Below the pieces are notes generated by a model, which was given only the letters and a program-made list of their open reading frames with translations, did not search any database and was not told the DNA's origin. 64,000 nt of DNA from positions 32,001 to 96,000 of the forward strand of contig CAVXWZ010000001.1 of the NCBI GenBank assembly GCA_963765575.1. Direction: 5' to 3'. Positions 24,068 to 33,331 of this stretch are shown in pieces (the first letter of the stretch is position 1; each line of letters begins with the position of its first letter). The translations under genes and the position numbers were made by a program. The DNA comes from an uncultured cyanobacterium (GTDB lineage: Bacteria; Cyanobacteriota; Cyanobacteriia; PCC-6307; Cyanobiaceae).

Positions 24068-24583
24068 TCAGGTAGGCAGCCGCTGTGGCGAGGTGAGCAG
24101 GTTCACGGCGGAGAAGGCCAGGCCGATGCCCAGCAGTGTGCCGATTGCCCACACACTGTCGCTCGGCCACTCGGCGATCAGCATGCCGCCGAGCACGGTG
24201 GTGACGATGCCATCGAGCAGCACCAGGGTCCGGGCCTGTCCCTGGCCTGCGGCCGCCGCAGCCAGCTCCATCACCCCCTGGAAGGCCAGCAGGAACCCCA
24301 CGAACAGGGTGAGGCTCACCTCGCTGGCCAGGGGATAGAACAGCACCCAGATTCCGCCGCCGCCGTAGAGGAGGGCGGAGAGCAGCCGAAACGCCTTGCC
24401 ACGCAGTTCCGGTTCACCGCTGAGGCGTAGGGCCTGGGAGATGCCGGCGGCGATGGCCACACCGCCGATCGCGATTGTGAGCAGGGTGGCCGAGACGAAC
24501 GGCAGGGCAATCGAAAGTCCAGCGGCCACGAAGAGCAGCAGGGCGGCGATCCAGCGCAGGGCCGGCGAGGTGAGCAGGGACAC
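24068..24583 (-). CDS. HdeD/DUF308 family membrane protein
   Basis: Two three-helix repeats; SLTLFVG, EWPSDSVWAIGTLLGI. Confidence 0.88.
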   Translation of the reverse strand: MSLLTSPALRWIAALLLFVAAGLSIALPFVSATLLTIAIGGVAIAAGISQALRLSGEPELRGKAFRLLSALLYGGGGIWVLFYPLASEVSLTLFVGFLLAFQGVMELAAAAAGQGQARTLVLLDGIVTTVLGGMLIAEWPSDSVWAIGTLLGIGLAFSAVNLLTSPQRLPT

Positions 24584-24766
24584 AGAGCCAAAGCCGGTGG
24601 GTGAACCCTAGGGGGACTCCAGGACCAGGCAGCGGGAATCACCGTGCCGGGGTGTTAGCGGTTGCTGATCCCAGCTGCGGGCTTGTGGCAAAGCATCACA
24701 GGACACAGGCTCGCCCCGGCAGGTTCGCCACATTGAGAAGGCCCTGCCCCCGAGCTGAAGCACTGC

Positions 24767-25264
24767 ATGCTTGAGCTTCTCCCTGCGCTCAACGATCACA
24801 ACCTCCCCTGGATGGACACCATCCACCCGATCGTGGTGCACTTCGTGATCGCCATGGCCCTGATCAGCGTGCTGTTCGATCTGATCGGCCGCTTCGCCCG
24901 CCGACCGGCGCTGTTCGAGGTGAGCTTCTGGAACCTTCTGGTGGCCACCCTGGCCATCTTCGTGGCCATCATCTTCGGCCAGATCGAGGCGGGCCTGGCC
25001 AATCCCTACGGTCAGGCCAGCAGTGTGCTTAACCTGCACAGCACCCTGGGCTGGTCGCTGGCCGGGGTGCTGTCCCTGCTGTCGGGCTGGCGGTATGTGA
25101 TCCGCAGCCGCGACCCGTTGCGCTTGCCGCCTGCCTTCCTCGGCGCCGACGTGGTGCTGAGCGCGCTGGTGGTGGTTCAGGTGTTGCTGGGCAACCAGCT
25201 GGTGTGGGTCTACGGGCTGCACACGGTGCCCGTGGTGGAGGCCGTGCGGGCGGGGCTGGTGTGA
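24767..25264 (+). CDS. DUF2231 domain membrane protein 1
   Basis: IHPIVVHFVIA, LNLHSTLG, four TM helices; first gene of the oxidase operon. Confidence 0.85.
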   Translation: MLELLPALNDHNLPWMDTIHPIVVHFVIAMALISVLFDLIGRFARRPALFEVSFWNLLVATLAIFVAIIFGQIEAGLANPYGQASSVLNLHSTLGWSLAGVLSLLSGWRYVIRSRDPLRLPPAFLGADVVLSALVVVQVLLGNQLVWVYGLHTVPVVEAVRAGLV

Positions 25265-25863
25265 TGGCAGCCATCTCGCCAGTGGCCGAGCAGCTCGGGC
25301 CGAACCAGCTGCCCTACGCCCTGCCGGTGCACCCCAACCTGGTGCACTTCACCATCGGGCTGTTCGTGATCGCCATCGTCTTCGACATTGCCGGCGCCCT
25401 GTTCCCGCTGGAGAAGCGCCTGTTCCGCTTCCTGGCCCTGCCGGTGACCCGGGCCGGCTTCCACGATGTGGGCTGGTACAACCTGCTGGCCTGCGCCGCG
25501 GTGAGTTTTCTCACGGTGGCGGCTGGCTTCTACGAGATGCTGCTGGCGGTGCCGATCACTGGGGTGCGCAGCGACTTCGGCCTCGGCAGCATGGCCACCA
25601 TGCTCTGGCACGGGGTGGGCGGTGTGGTGCTGCTGCTGTTGATCGTGGCCATGGCGGTGTGGCGGGGCCTGCAGCGCTTCAGCTGGCGCCGCGACCTGGG
25701 CCGCCAGGTGCAGTGGAGCTATCTGCTGGCCGGCCTGGGGTTGTTTGTGCTGATCGGCCTGCACGGCACCCTCGGCGCCCAGCTGGCGGGCGAGTTCGGC
25801 GTGCACGTCACCGCCGACCAGCTGCTGGCTGCCGGGGTCAACCTGCGGGAGGCCCTGCCATGA
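25264..25863 (+). CDS. DUF2231 domain membrane protein 2
   Basis: TGATG overlap; VHPNLVHFTIG, MLWHGVGG, LGAQLAGEFGVH. Confidence 0.85.
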   Translation: MAAISPVAEQLGPNQLPYALPVHPNLVHFTIGLFVIAIVFDIAGALFPLEKRLFRFLALPVTRAGFHDVGWYNLLACAAVSFLTVAAGFYEMLLAVPITGVRSDFGLGSMATMLWHGVGGVVLLLLIVAMAVWRGLQRFSWRRDLGRQVQWSYLLAGLGLFVLIGLHGTLGAQLAGEFGVHVTADQLLAAGVNLREALP

Positions 25864-26789
25864 CCACCACGGTATCCCGGGGGCCGCGGCTCTGGGCTGT
25901 GGCGCTGCTGCTGGCTGCGGTGCTCAGCGATCTGGCCGCCAGCCTGTGGATGGCCGCCCAGTCGCACCGCTGGCTGCCGGTGCCGGCATCGGCGGCCGCC
26001 GGTCCGGTGGACGACCTGTTCGCCCTGGAGGTGGGCATCGGCAGCTTCATCTTCCTGGGCTGCAGCGGCGTGATGCTCTGGACCCTGCTGTTCAACCGCG
26101 CCCCCAAGTACGACCTCGACAACGGCGATCCGATCGAGGGCAACCTGAAGCTGGAGATCGTGTGGACGCTGATCCCGCTGGTGATCGTGATGTTGATCGC
26201 CTGGAAGGCGATCGCTGTGAGCGACACCCTCGCCACCCTGGGGGGCAAGGTGCGCGTCAGCGGTGGCCACGCCGCCATGCACGGCGCCGAGGGCCCCGCC
26301 TTAGCGGCGAGCCCGATTCAGGTGATCGGCCGCCAGTGGAGCTGGGAGTTCATCTACCCCAACGGCGTGCACAGCAGTGAGCTGCACCTGCCCGAAGGCC
26401 AGCGCAGCTTTCTGCGCCTGGAGGCCACCGACGTGATCCACGGCTTCTATGTGCCGGCCTTCCGGCTCAAGCAGGACCTGATCCCCGGCAGCGTCATCGA
26501 CTACAGCCTCATCCCCACCCGCGCCGGCCGCTACCGGCTGCGCGATTCGATGTTCAGCGGTGGCTACTTTTCCACCAACCAGACTGACGTGGTGGTGGAG
26601 CCGGTGGAGGTGTATCAGGGCTGGCTGGAGCAGGCCCTGCGCCAGCCGCTGCGGCCCGCCGCCAACGCCGCCAGCGACCTCTACAGCCAGCGTCTGGCCC
26701 GGGGTGACCGGGGCTGGGCCACGGTGCCGCCGGCGCCCCCCCCCCAGGTGCACGTGAGTGCCGATCCCACCGCCAGCCACGAGGGCTGA
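25860..26789 (+). CDS. ctaCII: heme-copper oxidase subunit II, ARTO type (CuA ligands absent)
   Basis: EGNLKLEIVWTLIP, GRQWSWEFIY, DVIHGFYVP; the CxExCGxxHxxM motif is replaced by DSMFSGGYFSTN. Confidence 0.9.
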   Translation: MTTTVSRGPRLWAVALLLAAVLSDLAASLWMAAQSHRWLPVPASAAAGPVDDLFALEVGIGSFIFLGCSGVMLWTLLFNRAPKYDLDNGDPIEGNLKLEIVWTLIPLVIVMLIAWKAIAVSDTLATLGGKVRVSGGHAAMHGAEGPALAASPIQVIGRQWSWEFIYPNGVHSSELHLPEGQRSFLRLEATDVIHGFYVPAFRLKQDLIPGSVIDYSLIPTRAGRYRLRDSMFSGGYFSTNQTDVVVEPVEVYQGWLEQALRQPLRPAANAASDLYSQRLARGDRGWATVPPAPPPQVHVSADPTASHEG

Positions 26790-26809
26790 TTCTCCATCCC
26801 GCCCCCGCC

Positions 26810-28530
26810 ATGACCAGCACCGCCCCAGCCCCCACTCCCTCCTTCGATCCCCGCGTGCTGCGGGCGCCCCATCCGGTGCCCGGAGCGCCGAACAACTGGC
26901 GGCGCTTTCTGAGCTTCAACACCGACGCCAAGGTGATCGGTCTGCAGTACATGCTCGACGTCGCTGTTCTTCCTGCTGGTGGGCGGACTGCTGTCGATGA
27001 TCATGCGCGGCGAGCTGATCACGCCGGCAGCGGATCTGGTGGATCCCACGCGTGTACAACGGCCTCTACACGATGCACGGAACGGTGATGCTGTTCCTGT
27101 TTCTGTTCCCGATCCTCAACGGCTTCAACAACCTCTTGATTCCGCCCATGATCGGCGCCCCGGACATGGCCTTCCCGCGTCTCAATGCGGCGGCTTTCTG
27201 GATGGTGCCGGTGTTCGGCCTGATCCTGATGGCCAGCTTCCTGGTGCCCGGCGGGCCCTCCGGTGCCGGCTGGTGGGCCTACCCACCCCAGAGCATCCAG
27301 AACCCCCTTGGCCATTTCATCAATGGCCAGTTCCTGTGGATTCTGGCGGTGGCCCTCTCGGGGATCTCCTCGATCATGGGGGCGGTGAACTTCATCACCA
27401 CAATCATCCGCATGCGGGCGCCGGGCATGGGCTGGTTTCGCATGCCTATCTTCTGCTGGACGGCGGTCGCCGCCCAGGCGATCCAGTTGATCGGCCTGCC
27501 GGTGCTCACCGCCGGGGCGGTGCTGCTGTTGTTTGATCTCAGCTTTGGCACCAGCTTTTACAGGCCGGAGGGGGGCGGTGATCCGATGCTGTATCAGCAC
27601 TTCTTCTGGTTCTATTCCCACCCGGCGGTGTATGTGATGGTGCTGCCCGTGTTCGGCATCTTCTCAGAGCTGTTGCCGGTGTATTCCCGCAAGCCTTTAT
27701 TTGGCTATCACGTGGTGGCGATCGCATCGTTTGCAATCACCTTTCTCAGCCTGATCGTGTGGGTGCACCACATGTTCTACAGCGGCACGCCGCAGTGGAT
27801 GCGCAATGTCTTCATGGTCACCACCATGCTGATCGCGATACCCACCGGCATCAAGGTGTTCGCCTGGATCGCCACCCTGTGGCGCGGCAAGTTGCGGCTC
27901 ACCACGGCGATGCTGTTCTGCCTGGGCGGATTGTTCAACTTCATCTTTGCCGGCATCACCGGCATCATGCTGGCCACCGTGCCGGTGGACATCCACGTGG
28001 GCAACACCTACTTCGTGGTGGGCCATTTCCACACCGTGATCTTCTCCACGATCACCTACGGCGTCTTTGCCGGGATCTATCACTGGTTCCCGAAGTTCAC
28101 CGGCCGAATGATGTATGAGGGCCTCGGCAAGCTGCATTTCGTGCTCACCTTCATCGGCAGCCAGCTCACTTTCCTGCCCATGCACTCAGCCGGGCTGATG
28201 GGCATGCCACGGCGGGTGGCCTCCTACGACCCGGAGTTTGCCTTCGCCAACGTGCTCGCCAGCCTCGGTGCCTTCCTGCTGGGGGTGGCCACGATCCCTT
28301 TTCTGCTCAACCTGGTGAGCTCCTGGGTGCGGGGCGAGAAGGCGCCGCCCAACCCCTGGAACGCCATCGGCCTGGAGTGGCTGCTGCCCTCACCGCCGCC
28401 AGCCGAGAACTTCGAGCACGATGTGCCCACGGTGGTGAGTGGCCCCTACGGCTACGGCCTCAACCGCCCTCTGGTGCTCGACGAGGAGCGCTACGTGGCC
28501 AAGGCCGCCCACACCGCCAAGGGAGCCTGA
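26810..28530 (+). CDS. ctaDII: heme-copper oxidase subunit I, ARTO type; two +1 frameshifts (26957, 27051)
   Basis: TDAKVIGLQY, TMHGT, FWFYSHPAVY, VWVHH, VGHFH, GMPRR all present. The frame is restored by removing one base at each site. Confidence 0.92.
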
Positions 28531-28534
28531 CGTC

Positions 28535-29146
28535 ATGACCACCACCACGCCCACCTCGGCCGACCCGTCCGCTCAGAGCGCTGCCCACAGCAACCACGCC
28601 CACGGCGATCACACCCTCACGGGCTTCGTGATCTTCCTGCTGTCCGAAAGCGTGATTTTCCTGGCCCTGTTCGCCGGTTACGTCATCTACAAGACCTCCT
28701 CTCCCCTGTGGCTGCCCCCTGGGGTGGAGGGGCTGGAGGTGGCTGAACCGCTGCGCTTCACCGTGGTGCTGGTGAGCAGCAGCGGTGTGATCTATTTGGC
28801 GGAGCGTGCATTGCACCGGGGCCGGCTGCGGCAGTTTCGCGCCTGGTGGCTGCTCACCATGGCCATGGGGGTGGTGTTCCTGGTGGGGCAGGGTCTTGAA
28901 TGGGCGGCGCTGCCCTTCGGTCTGGGGGATGGCGTGTACGGCGCCAGTTTTTATCTGCTCACCGGTTTCCACGGCCTGCATGTGCTCACCGGCGTGGTGC
29001 TGATGGGGCTGATGCTGGCCCGCTCCTTCCGAGCTGGTAATTACGACGGTGGCTCGGTGGGGGTGACGGCCGTGTCACTGTTCTGGCACTTTGTGGATGT
29101 GATCTGGGTGGTGCTGTTTCTGCTCATTTACGTGTGGCAGCACTGA
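28535..29146 (+). CDS. ctaEII: heme-copper oxidase subunit III
   Basis: FLLSESVIF, FYLLTGFHGLHV, FWHFVDVIW. Confidence 0.92.
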   Translation: MTTTTPTSADPSAQSAAHSNHAHGDHTLTGFVIFLLSESVIFLALFAGYVIYKTSSPLWLPPGVEGLEVAEPLRFTVVLVSSSGVIYLAERALHRGRLRQFRAWWLLTMAMGVVFLVGQGLEWAALPFGLGDGVYGASFYLLTGFHGLHVLTGVVLMGLMLARSFRAGNYDGGSVGVTAVSLFWHFVDVIWVVLFLLIYVWQH

Positions 29147-29159
29147 TGGGGCTCTCGCA

Positions 29160-30686
29160 ATGATCATCGACGACACGATCTACGACGTGGTGGTGATCGG
29201 CAGCGGCGCCGGTGGCGGCACCCTGGCGGGTGAGCTGGCGGAATTGGGGCGGAAGGTGCTGCTGCTGGAGCGGGGCCTCCCCCTTCCCCTCGACGAACAG
29301 AACCTGGCCGACATCAGCCTGTTCCGGACGCCCCGCTACCACCCCCCGGAGCCCTGGTTCGGTCCGGATGGCGATCCCTTTTCCCCCCAGATGCTCTATG
29401 CCATGGGCGGCAACACCAAGATCTGGGGGGGGGTGCTGCAGCGGCCCCGGGAGGCCGAGTTCACCGGCGTGCGCCTGCAGGAGGGCACCAGTCCCGACTG
29501 GGGTCTGCGCTACGCCGATTTCGAGCCCTTCTTCGAGCGGGCCGAGCAGCTCTACAGCGTGCACGGCGCGGCTGGCGGGGATCCCAGCGAACCGCCCCGG
29601 CGCGGGGGCTATGGGTACGCTCCCCGGCCGATCGAGCCCTTTCTCGAGGCCATCGGCGCGGGGCTTGAGCGCCAGGGGCTGCATCCCTTCCCTCTGCCCC
29701 TGAGCTGGACCACCTCCGGAGACGACCCCAGTGGCGATGCCGAGCGGTTCGGCGTCGACCGTGCCTGCGCCATCACCCCCGCGGATGGTTTTCGCCTGGT
29801 GGGCGGCGCCAGAGTGCTGGCTCTTCACGTCAACCCCGCCGGCACCGAGGTGCAGGGGGTGGAGGCGGAGCTGGAGGGCGAGCGCTGGCTGTTCCGCGGC
29901 CGCCAGGTGGTGCTGGCCGCCGGGGCGATCAACACGCCGGCCATCCTGCTGGCTTCCGCCACCGCCAGCCACCCCGCCGGCCTGGCGAATGGCTCGGGTC
30001 AGGTGGGCCGCAACCTGATGAAGCTCCAGCTCAGCGCCCTCCTGCAGCGGGCCAGCGAGCCCAATTCCGGCCGCTACGGCCGCAGCCTGGGGGTGAACGA
30101 TTACCTCTGGGGCGACCGCAACGTCGACTACGGGCTGGGCAGCATTCAGAGCGGTGGCGGCGTGTTGCAGGATCCCCTGTTCGCCGAATCGCCGCCGCTG
30201 CTCTCGCTGGTGAGCCGCCTGCTGCCCGATGCCGCCCTGGAGTGGCTGGCCGACCGCTCGGTGAGCTGGTGGGCGATGAGCAGTGTGCTGCCCGATCCCG
30301 ACAACCGGGTGAGCCTCGAGAAGGGCCGCATCCGCATCGACTACCTGGCCAACTGCCGCGAGGGTCACGACCGGCTCGTGTACCGCTGGCTGGACACGAT
30401 CAAGAAGCTGGAGCGTGATCCGCTCACCAACGTGGTGACCAGGGCGCCGATCTATCCCCGCGGCGAAGCGCCGCTGGCGGTGATGGGCTATGCCTGCGGC
30501 ACCTGCCGCATGGGGGCCGATCCCTCCACGTCGGTGGTGGATCTCGAGGGTCGGGTCCATGGCCTGGCCAACCTCTGGATCGCCGATGCCAGCGTGCTGC
30601 CCAGCTGTCCGACGGTGGGTCTGGGCCTCACCGTGATCGCCAACGCCCTGCGCATCGCCGCCCAGCTGAGTGCTGCCCTGAGCTGA
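29160..30686 (+). CDS. GMC family flavoprotein (atypical active site)
   Basis: DVVVIGSGAGGG FAD motif, GGNTKIWG, LAAGAINTP, GQVGRNLM, CGTCRMG, NLWIADAS. Confidence 0.9.
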   Translation: MIIDDTIYDVVVIGSGAGGGTLAGELAELGRKVLLLERGLPLPLDEQNLADISLFRTPRYHPPEPWFGPDGDPFSPQMLYAMGGNTKIWGGVLQRPREAEFTGVRLQEGTSPDWGLRYADFEPFFERAEQLYSVHGAAGGDPSEPPRRGGYGYAPRPIEPFLEAIGAGLERQGLHPFPLPLSWTTSGDDPSGDAERFGVDRACAITPADGFRLVGGARVLALHVNPAGTEVQGVEAELEGERWLFRGRQVVLAAGAINTPAILLASATASHPAGLANGSGQVGRNLMKLQLSALLQRASEPNSGRYGRSLGVNDYLWGDRNVDYGLGSIQSGGGVLQDPLFAESPPLLSLVSRLLPDAALEWLADRSVSWWAMSSVLPDPDNRVSLEKGRIRIDYLANCREGHDRLVYRWLDTIKKLERDPLTNVVTRAPIYPRGEAPLAVMGYACGTCRMGADPSTSVVDLEGRVHGLANLWIADASVLPSCPTVGLGLTVIANALRIAAQLSAALS

Positions 30687-30728
30687 CCCAGCGCGAGCCT
30701 GGCCGGCGAAGCCCCGCCGATGGAGGCA

Positions 30729-32114
30729 TCACGGGGGGCCGAGTTCCCGCCGCTCCAGCCCCACTTTTACGTCCATGTGCTGGTCGGCGTGGCCGGTGAT
30801 CACCAGGGCAGATCGCTGGTTGGTGGCGATCCGCCACAGCCACTTGGCGAGCAGGATGAGACGATTCTCGTGGGCGGGCATGAAGCCCAGGTGGGCCACA
30901 CCCCAGAGCAGCCACCCGGGGAAGCCGCTCAGCCGCAGGCCGCGCAGATCGGCCACGGCGACATTGCGGCCGATCATGGCCATGCTGCCGAAGTCGATGA
31001 AGCGGAAGGGGGAGTGCCCGCTGCCCTGGCAGCGGGCCAGGATGTCGTTGGCCACCCAGGTGCCCATCTGCACCGCCGGGCCAGCCATGCCCGGCAGGGG
31101 CCTGGAGTCGGCCGTGTGGCTGTAGCTGCAGAGGTCACCCACCACACGGATCTCCGGATGGTGGGGGATGGAGAAGTCGGCCTGCACTACCACCCGGCCG
31201 CCGCGGTCGAGCTCACAGCCGCACTGCTCCGCCAGCAGCCGACCCAGGTGGGAGGCGCGCACGCCGGCGGTCCAGCACACCGTGCCGCCCTCGAGGGTGC
31301 GGGTACCGCTGCTGCCATCGGCGTGCTTCTGGCTGAAGGTCACCAGACCGCCCGTGATCTCCTGCACCCGTGCTCCCAGCATCAGCTCCACCCCCATCTC
31401 CTGCAGGTAACGGCCTGCGGCGGCCGACAGGCTGGGGTGCATGGCGCGCAGCACCCGATCACCGGGATCGATCAGCAGCACGCGGCTGTGGCTGGGGTCG
31501 AGCTGCTTGAACTCGTGGGCCACCGCGTGCCGCAGCAGGTCCATCAGCGATCCGGCCAGCTCGCAGCCGGTAGGCCCGCCGCCGATCACCAGCACGGTCT
31601 GCAGCAACTGGCGCCGCTGGACGTCGGGGGTCTGCTCGGCCTCCTCAAGGGCCATCAGCACCCGGCGGCGGATCTCATCGGCGTGTTCGAGGATCTTCAT
31701 CGGCGGTGCCACGGCCCGCCACTGCTCGTGGCCGAAGTAGCTGCTGCCGGAGCCGGTGGCCAGGATCAGGTGGTGGTAGGCAAAGCGGCGCTCGTTGAAC
31801 ACCACCTCCCGGGCCGTTGCGTCGATCTCCTGCACCTCCCCCAGCAGGATCTGGATGTTGGGCGCCTTTCCAAGCAGCTGCCGCAGCGGCGAGGCCACGT
31901 CGGACTCGGCCACCAGGCCAGTGGCCACCTGATACAGCAGGGGCTGGAAGAGGTTGAAGTTGCGCTTGTCGATCAGGGTGACGCGCACCGGCTTGCCACG
32001 CAGGGCCTGGGCGGCCCTGAGCCCGGCGAACCCGCCGCCCACGATCACCACATGGGGCAGGCTGGCGCTGTCACCCGGAGGCTCGAGTTCGAGGAAGAAC
32101 CGCTCGGGTGCCAT
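30729..32114 (-). CDS. type II NADH dehydrogenase family flavoprotein
   Basis: VIVGGGFAG, FQPLLYQVATG, second GGGPTGCELAG, WTAGV, VVGD, DFGSMAMIGR; probable start MAPERF at 32114. Confidence 0.9.
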   Translation of the reverse strand: MAPERFFLELEPPGDSASLPHVVIVGGGFAGLRAAQALRGKPVRVTLIDKRNFNLFQPLLYQVATGLVAESDVASPLRQLLGKAPNIQILLGEVQEIDATAREVVFNERRFAYHHLILATGSGSSYFGHEQWRAVAPPMKILEHADEIRRRVLMALEEAEQTPDVQRRQLLQTVLVIGGGPTGCELAGSLMDLLRHAVAHEFKQLDPSHSRVLLIDPGDRVLRAMHPSLSAAAGRYLQEMGVELMLGARVQEITGGLVTFSQKHADGSSGTRTLEGGTVCWTAGVRASHLGRLLAEQCGCELDRGGRVVVQADFSIPHHPEIRVVGDLCSYSHTADSRPLPGMAGPAVQMGTWVANDILARCQGSGHSPFRFIDFGSMAMIGRNVAVADLRGLRLSGFPGWLLWGVAHLGFMPAHENRLILLAKWLWRIATNQRSALVITGHADQHMDVKVGLERRELGPP

Positions 32115-32168
32115 CGGCGATCCGCTGCAGCTTTCAAGGTATGCGCAAAGCAGCAGTTGTGGGGCGCG

Positions 32169-32393
32169 TTGGAAAGGCAGCACCAGCGCACCCTTGAGCT
32201 GATCGGCTCCTGCCCCGAAAGCGGCAGCCTGCCCCTGAGGGACATCAAAGCCCAGTTTCAGGAGCTTGGTGGCGATGTCAGTGAGAGTGCGGGTTGCCGC
32301 GTTTCGGTTGTTCTGGCAGGCGAAGTCAGGGTCTTCCCGAGACCCCACCCCTCACCCGATGAGATCACGGAGTGGCACCATGAACCCCAATGA
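32169..32393 (+). pseudogene. hicA: degenerate HicA family toxin
   Basis: LERQHQRTLELI...RDIKAQFQELG..VSESAGCRVSVVLAGEVRVFPRPHPSPD. The family motif FHRPHP reads FPRPHP and the C-terminal helix is lost. Confidence 0.7.
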
Positions 32394-32671
32394 CCGTGGA
32401 TGAAGACCAAGCCAAAATTGAGGGCGGCCAGGAAAGAGACCAATTTCGAAGTGACATTCGTGGCCTCTCTGTAGAAGCAGGCTTCTATGGTTCAAATCCT
32501 GACGAGCTTATCAGGGAGTTCAAAAAGGCATGGGATGATTATCTTGAGGACTGCAACGAGCAAGGGGCTAATCTACGCAAGCCCTTCTCAGGCAAGTTCA
32601 ATCTTCACATCGCGTCTGAACTGCACGAGGCATTGGCGATGACTGCGGATGCGCAGGGGGGCTTGGCGTAG
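32390..32671 (+). pseudogene. hicB: degenerate, C-terminally truncated HicB family antitoxin
   Basis: FYGSNPDELIREFKKAWDDYLEDC, KPFSGKFNLHIASELH; stops within the RHH domain. Confidence 0.75.
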
Positions 32672-32765
32672 AAGAATGGATGACATGCCGCATGAATAGG
32701 CAGGCCACCACCAATCCCCTGCTACTGCTTCAAAATCCATGCCCGCCACGCAGGGGTAATGTCAG

Positions 32766-33266
32766 GTGATCATGAATCGCATACGGAAATTCGAATTTTG
32801 GACCCTACCAGTCGTCAGCGCTTTCTATGCATACGGTACCTTGGCGCATGTGCCCAACATCATGGTTCTGAGTGGCTTTGAATGGAGCAGTGTACCTCTG
32901 ACATGGAAGTCATTGGATGTCATTGATTTAGTTCTTGGCCCAACGGCATGCATCGGCCTCTTCAGATGCCTGCAACTTTCGATTCTTGCCTTATGTTCAG
33001 CTGGCGTGGGCCAGGCTATCCTCTACACAACACTGCGTTCGTCGATAATCGATGCCCCTGAGCCTTTCACCATCACGCCAGATCAAAACAGCTACCTGTC
33101 CGCTCTGGTGATCGTTGATGTCGCCACTGGTGATCAGCTTTGCCGGGTTCCTCGCCTCGCTGAAGCGCCAGGATCGCAGGTCGTAGATTCTGTTGTAGCC
33201 CAGCTCTCGTGCGCAGTCCATCTGAGGCAAAATGTAACCTGGCAACAGCTGTCTGGGATGTGTTGA
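32766..33266 (+). CDS. hypothetical membrane protein, possibly decayed at the 3' end
   Basis: Hydrophobic 166-aa ORF (FYAYGTLAHV, VPLTWKSLDV); protein-like character fades after LSALVIV. Confidence 0.5.
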   Translation: MIMNRIRKFEFWTLPVVSAFYAYGTLAHVPNIMVLSGFEWSSVPLTWKSLDVIDLVLGPTACIGLFRCLQLSILALCSAGVGQAILYTTLRSSIIDAPEPFTITPDQNSYLSALVIVDVATGDQLCRVPRLAEAPGSQVVDSVVAQLSCAVHLRQNVTWQQLSGMC

Positions 33267-33331
33267 GGGACGAGGTCATAGAAATTTCTTTCCTCCGAAT
33301 GTTAAAATTGAATGAATAGCCTCAGATCGAC

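Noticed and set aside
24683..24700. TGTGG-N7-TCACA upstream of the oxidase operon as a CRP/FNR-type site
   Set aside because: Spacer is 7 rather than 6 nt and the left half-site is imperfect; not supportable.
26810..28530. Oxidase subunit I as a pseudogene or programmed frameshift
   Set aside because: No slippery sequence at either site, all ligands intact, and the pattern matches the tandem-allele artefact seen elsewhere.
30720..32168. 557-aa plus-strand ORF
   Set aside because: Shadow of NDH-2; only its last ~75 codons (the HicA remnant) look genuine.
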